From an uncultured Eubacteriales bacterium (GTDB lineage: Bacteria; Bacillota; Clostridia; Christensenellales; CAG-917): a stretch of DNA of 64,000 bases. Positions within the stretch are counted from its first letter, which is position 1. Each line of letters starts with the position of its first letter. The position numbers and the translations under genes are program-made. The notes under the pieces were generated by a model. That model saw only the letters and a program-made list of their open reading frames with translations. It was not told the DNA's origin and did no database searches. Below, in pieces: positions 62,739 through 64,000 of the stretch. The DNA lies in the NCBI GenBank assembly GCA_900549225.1, contig URNP01000005.1, forward strand, positions 4,532 to 68,531. Direction: 5' to 3'.

Positions 62739-64000
62739 CTGTTTGGTTATAGCAATACTCTTGGTCCTTTGCACCATCATTTTGATGATGCAAGGGACAC
62801 CGCAAATTGTGTATGCGTCAAGTGAAAATTCGTTTGACACCACGAACGTTTTGGATGACCTTTTGTCGTCCACTATAGACGGAAAACCTTTCGATTTGAA
62901 AGACTATCCGTACAACGAAAACGGGACGCTACGCATTGTGAGTTTTATAGAGTATTGCTACTCGTTCAAATCCAATATGCGAGCAAATTACGGACTTTAT
63001 CTGCTGATTTATAACCCACAAGCCTTGAATTTGTCAACTAACAGCAAACAGAACAAAATCCAAATGGCTGTAAGTTACGACAAAAACGGCACGCCTACAA
63101 GGTATGAAAAGTTTGATTTGCAGTTCTGCAGTAAGTCATCAAAAGACTATAAAAATCTGTTCTACAAATACAAAATCGTAGATAGAAAAATAGCCGATAA
63201 GACCTTTGCGGAACGAGTAAATACCAACGAGCGCAGATACGATATTTCTGGCATAGAACTCGTAACGTACGGAGATAAAAATGCTACCGAATACGGTGTC
63301 GGCGGAACGTACGCTTTTACGGGATATTCGGAAGGATACGGCCCTGACGCCAATGCAAAATCTACGTTGAATTGCGTTGTGCAAGACCTTGAAACTTTGA
63401 CACTCGAAGTGCATCACACATCGTTCAGAACCAACGTTTCGAACAAAGGCAAAGACCATTACAACGAAGTCAACTCGGTGTATTTTTCTATCCCGGAGCG
63501 AATTTATCAAGAGTACGGAAAGTTGCAAAAAATACGCGCGGAATGGTGGGAGTACAAGACCAAACTTGCCGCTATCACTTCCAATGAGGCGTTCTATCAA
63601 AAGATGCTTGCAGGCTCAAAACTCAAAACAGAGAAAGATCAAAACAATCCACAAATTCCATATAGACTCTTTACAGGGTACAAGGTTGAGCAAACATCAA
63701 ATCAATTTCATGGATATACATCGATTGAATATGATTGGTGTTTCAACGAGCGTACCAATTATGAAGAGACAACCGGCGGCGCAGTTTTCAATTCTACGAA
63801 AGTGAGCAAGGCAAACAGTCAGTCGGATATGATGCCAATGGTTTTCTATTCACCATACGTCGGGCTTGACGAGGTGTTTGACTTTCTCTTTTCAAAACCA
63901 GCTGCGGGCGACGTTGCAGCCAACAGAGTTGCCGAATATATCTATGGATATTCCAACGAATTAGGAAACGGATACATAGACTGCAACGGACGTGAGATAA
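62716..64000 (+). CDS. Large secreted protein, 3' end beyond window (not in the ORF track)
   Basis: Hand translation of the frame starting at ATG 62716 gives no stop through base 64000. Signal peptide MAQSKQNSCLVIAILLVLCTIILMMQGTPQIVYA/SS. It overlaps the previous gene by 23 nt. Confidence 0.65.
   Translation, partial: MAQSKQNSCLVIAILLVLCTIILMMQGTPQIVYASSENSFDTTNVLDDLLSSTIDGKPFDLKDYPYNENGTLRIVSFIEYCYSFKSNMRANYGLYLLIYNPQALNLSTNSKQNKIQMAVSYDKNGTPTRYEKFDLQFCSKSSKDYKNLFYKYKIVDRKIADKTFAERVNTNERRYDISGIELVTYGDKNATEYGVGGTYAFTGYSEGYGPDANAKSTLNCVVQDLETLTLEVHHTSFRTNVSNKGKDHYNEVNSVYFSIPERIYQEYGKLQKIRAEWWEYKTKLAAITSNEAFYQKMLAGSKLKTEKDQNNPQIPYRLFTGYKVEQTSNQFHGYTSIEYDWCFNERTNYEETTGGAVFNSTKVSKANSQSDMMPMVFYSPYVGLDEVFDFLFSKPAAGDVAANRVAEYIYGYSNELGNGYIDCNGREI

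Larger units (their letters stand above)
52587..64000. mobile_element. Integrated mobile element (ICE- or prophage-like), right end beyond the window
   Basis: A serine recombinase gene lies directly after the tRNA-Leu. The region also holds a LexA-like repressor, a Y-family polymerase, a YolD-like protein, a sigma-region-4-like regulator and unknown cargo. Composition is visibly more AT-rich than the chromosome to the left. Confidence 0.7.

Noticed and set aside
1-64000. CRISPR arrays, reverse transcriptase/retron or DGR components, transposase genes, and rRNA genes.
   Set aside because: No regularly spaced direct repeats with unique spacers, no RT motif (YxDD) and no DDE/HUH transposase ORF were seen on either strand. 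The only recombinase is the serine integrase at 52601-54139.

Overview
This is a 64-kb chromosomal segment of a Gram-positive-type genome. I infer Bacillota/Clostridia-like from GGAGG-type Shine-Dalgarno sites, sigma-70 promoters, a THF riboswitch and the gene content, but no taxon can be proven from the sequence alone. Both window edges cut open reading frames: frame 1 is open from base 1, and a frame open from 62716 runs past 64000 and is absent from the ORF track.

Bases 1-52540 are chromosome and contain:
- a five-gene surface module: a giant MBG-repeat protein, a lipoprotein, an ABC ATPase, an ABC permease and a Big_2/beta-helix protein
- a GPH-family transporter
- a MarR regulator translationally coupled to a degenerate M28-like membrane protein
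- an FAD oxidoreductase
- a trkA-trkH-sulfatase gene string
- two unknown membrane proteins
- a THF-riboswitch-controlled folC-folE-folP-folB/K operon
- a TGS-uridine-kinase-type nucleoside kinase carrying a perfect 33-bp in-frame duplication
- a paralogous FAD oxidoreductase broken by a single in-frame TAA
- a PflX-like radical SAM protein
- an NCS2 permease-upp operon behind an unclassified structured leader
- patatin-like phospholipase, polA, coaE, an SDR oxidoreductase, a MATE transporter, an intact M28 paralog, a NUDIX hydrolase and a TetR-DUF2461 pair
- a feoA-feoA-feoB operon with twin palindromic operators

Bases ~52540-64000 are an integrated mobile element next to tRNA-Leu(CAG). It carries a large serine recombinase, a LexA-like repressor, a Y-family polymerase, a YolD-like protein, a Zn-ribbon protein and a sigma-region-4-like regulator. 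It also carries an AT-rich, oppositely oriented orphan gene with a DUF4062/TIR-like N-terminus, and a compact operon of unknown membrane or secreted proteins.

The observations I consider most worth follow-up are:
1. the DUF4062-like orphan gene (58350-59888), a candidate defence effector
2. a family of five same-strand ~60-nt structured intergenic repeats (29.5, 37.1 x2, 42.3 and 48.0 kb) with compensatory substitutions
3. the structured terminator-containing leader upstream of the NCS2-upp operon
4. the MarR-coupled M28 pseudo-peptidase
5. the twin 8-N6-8 operators at the divergent tetR/feo promoters

All homology calls are motif recognition by eye. No database search or folding program was run.
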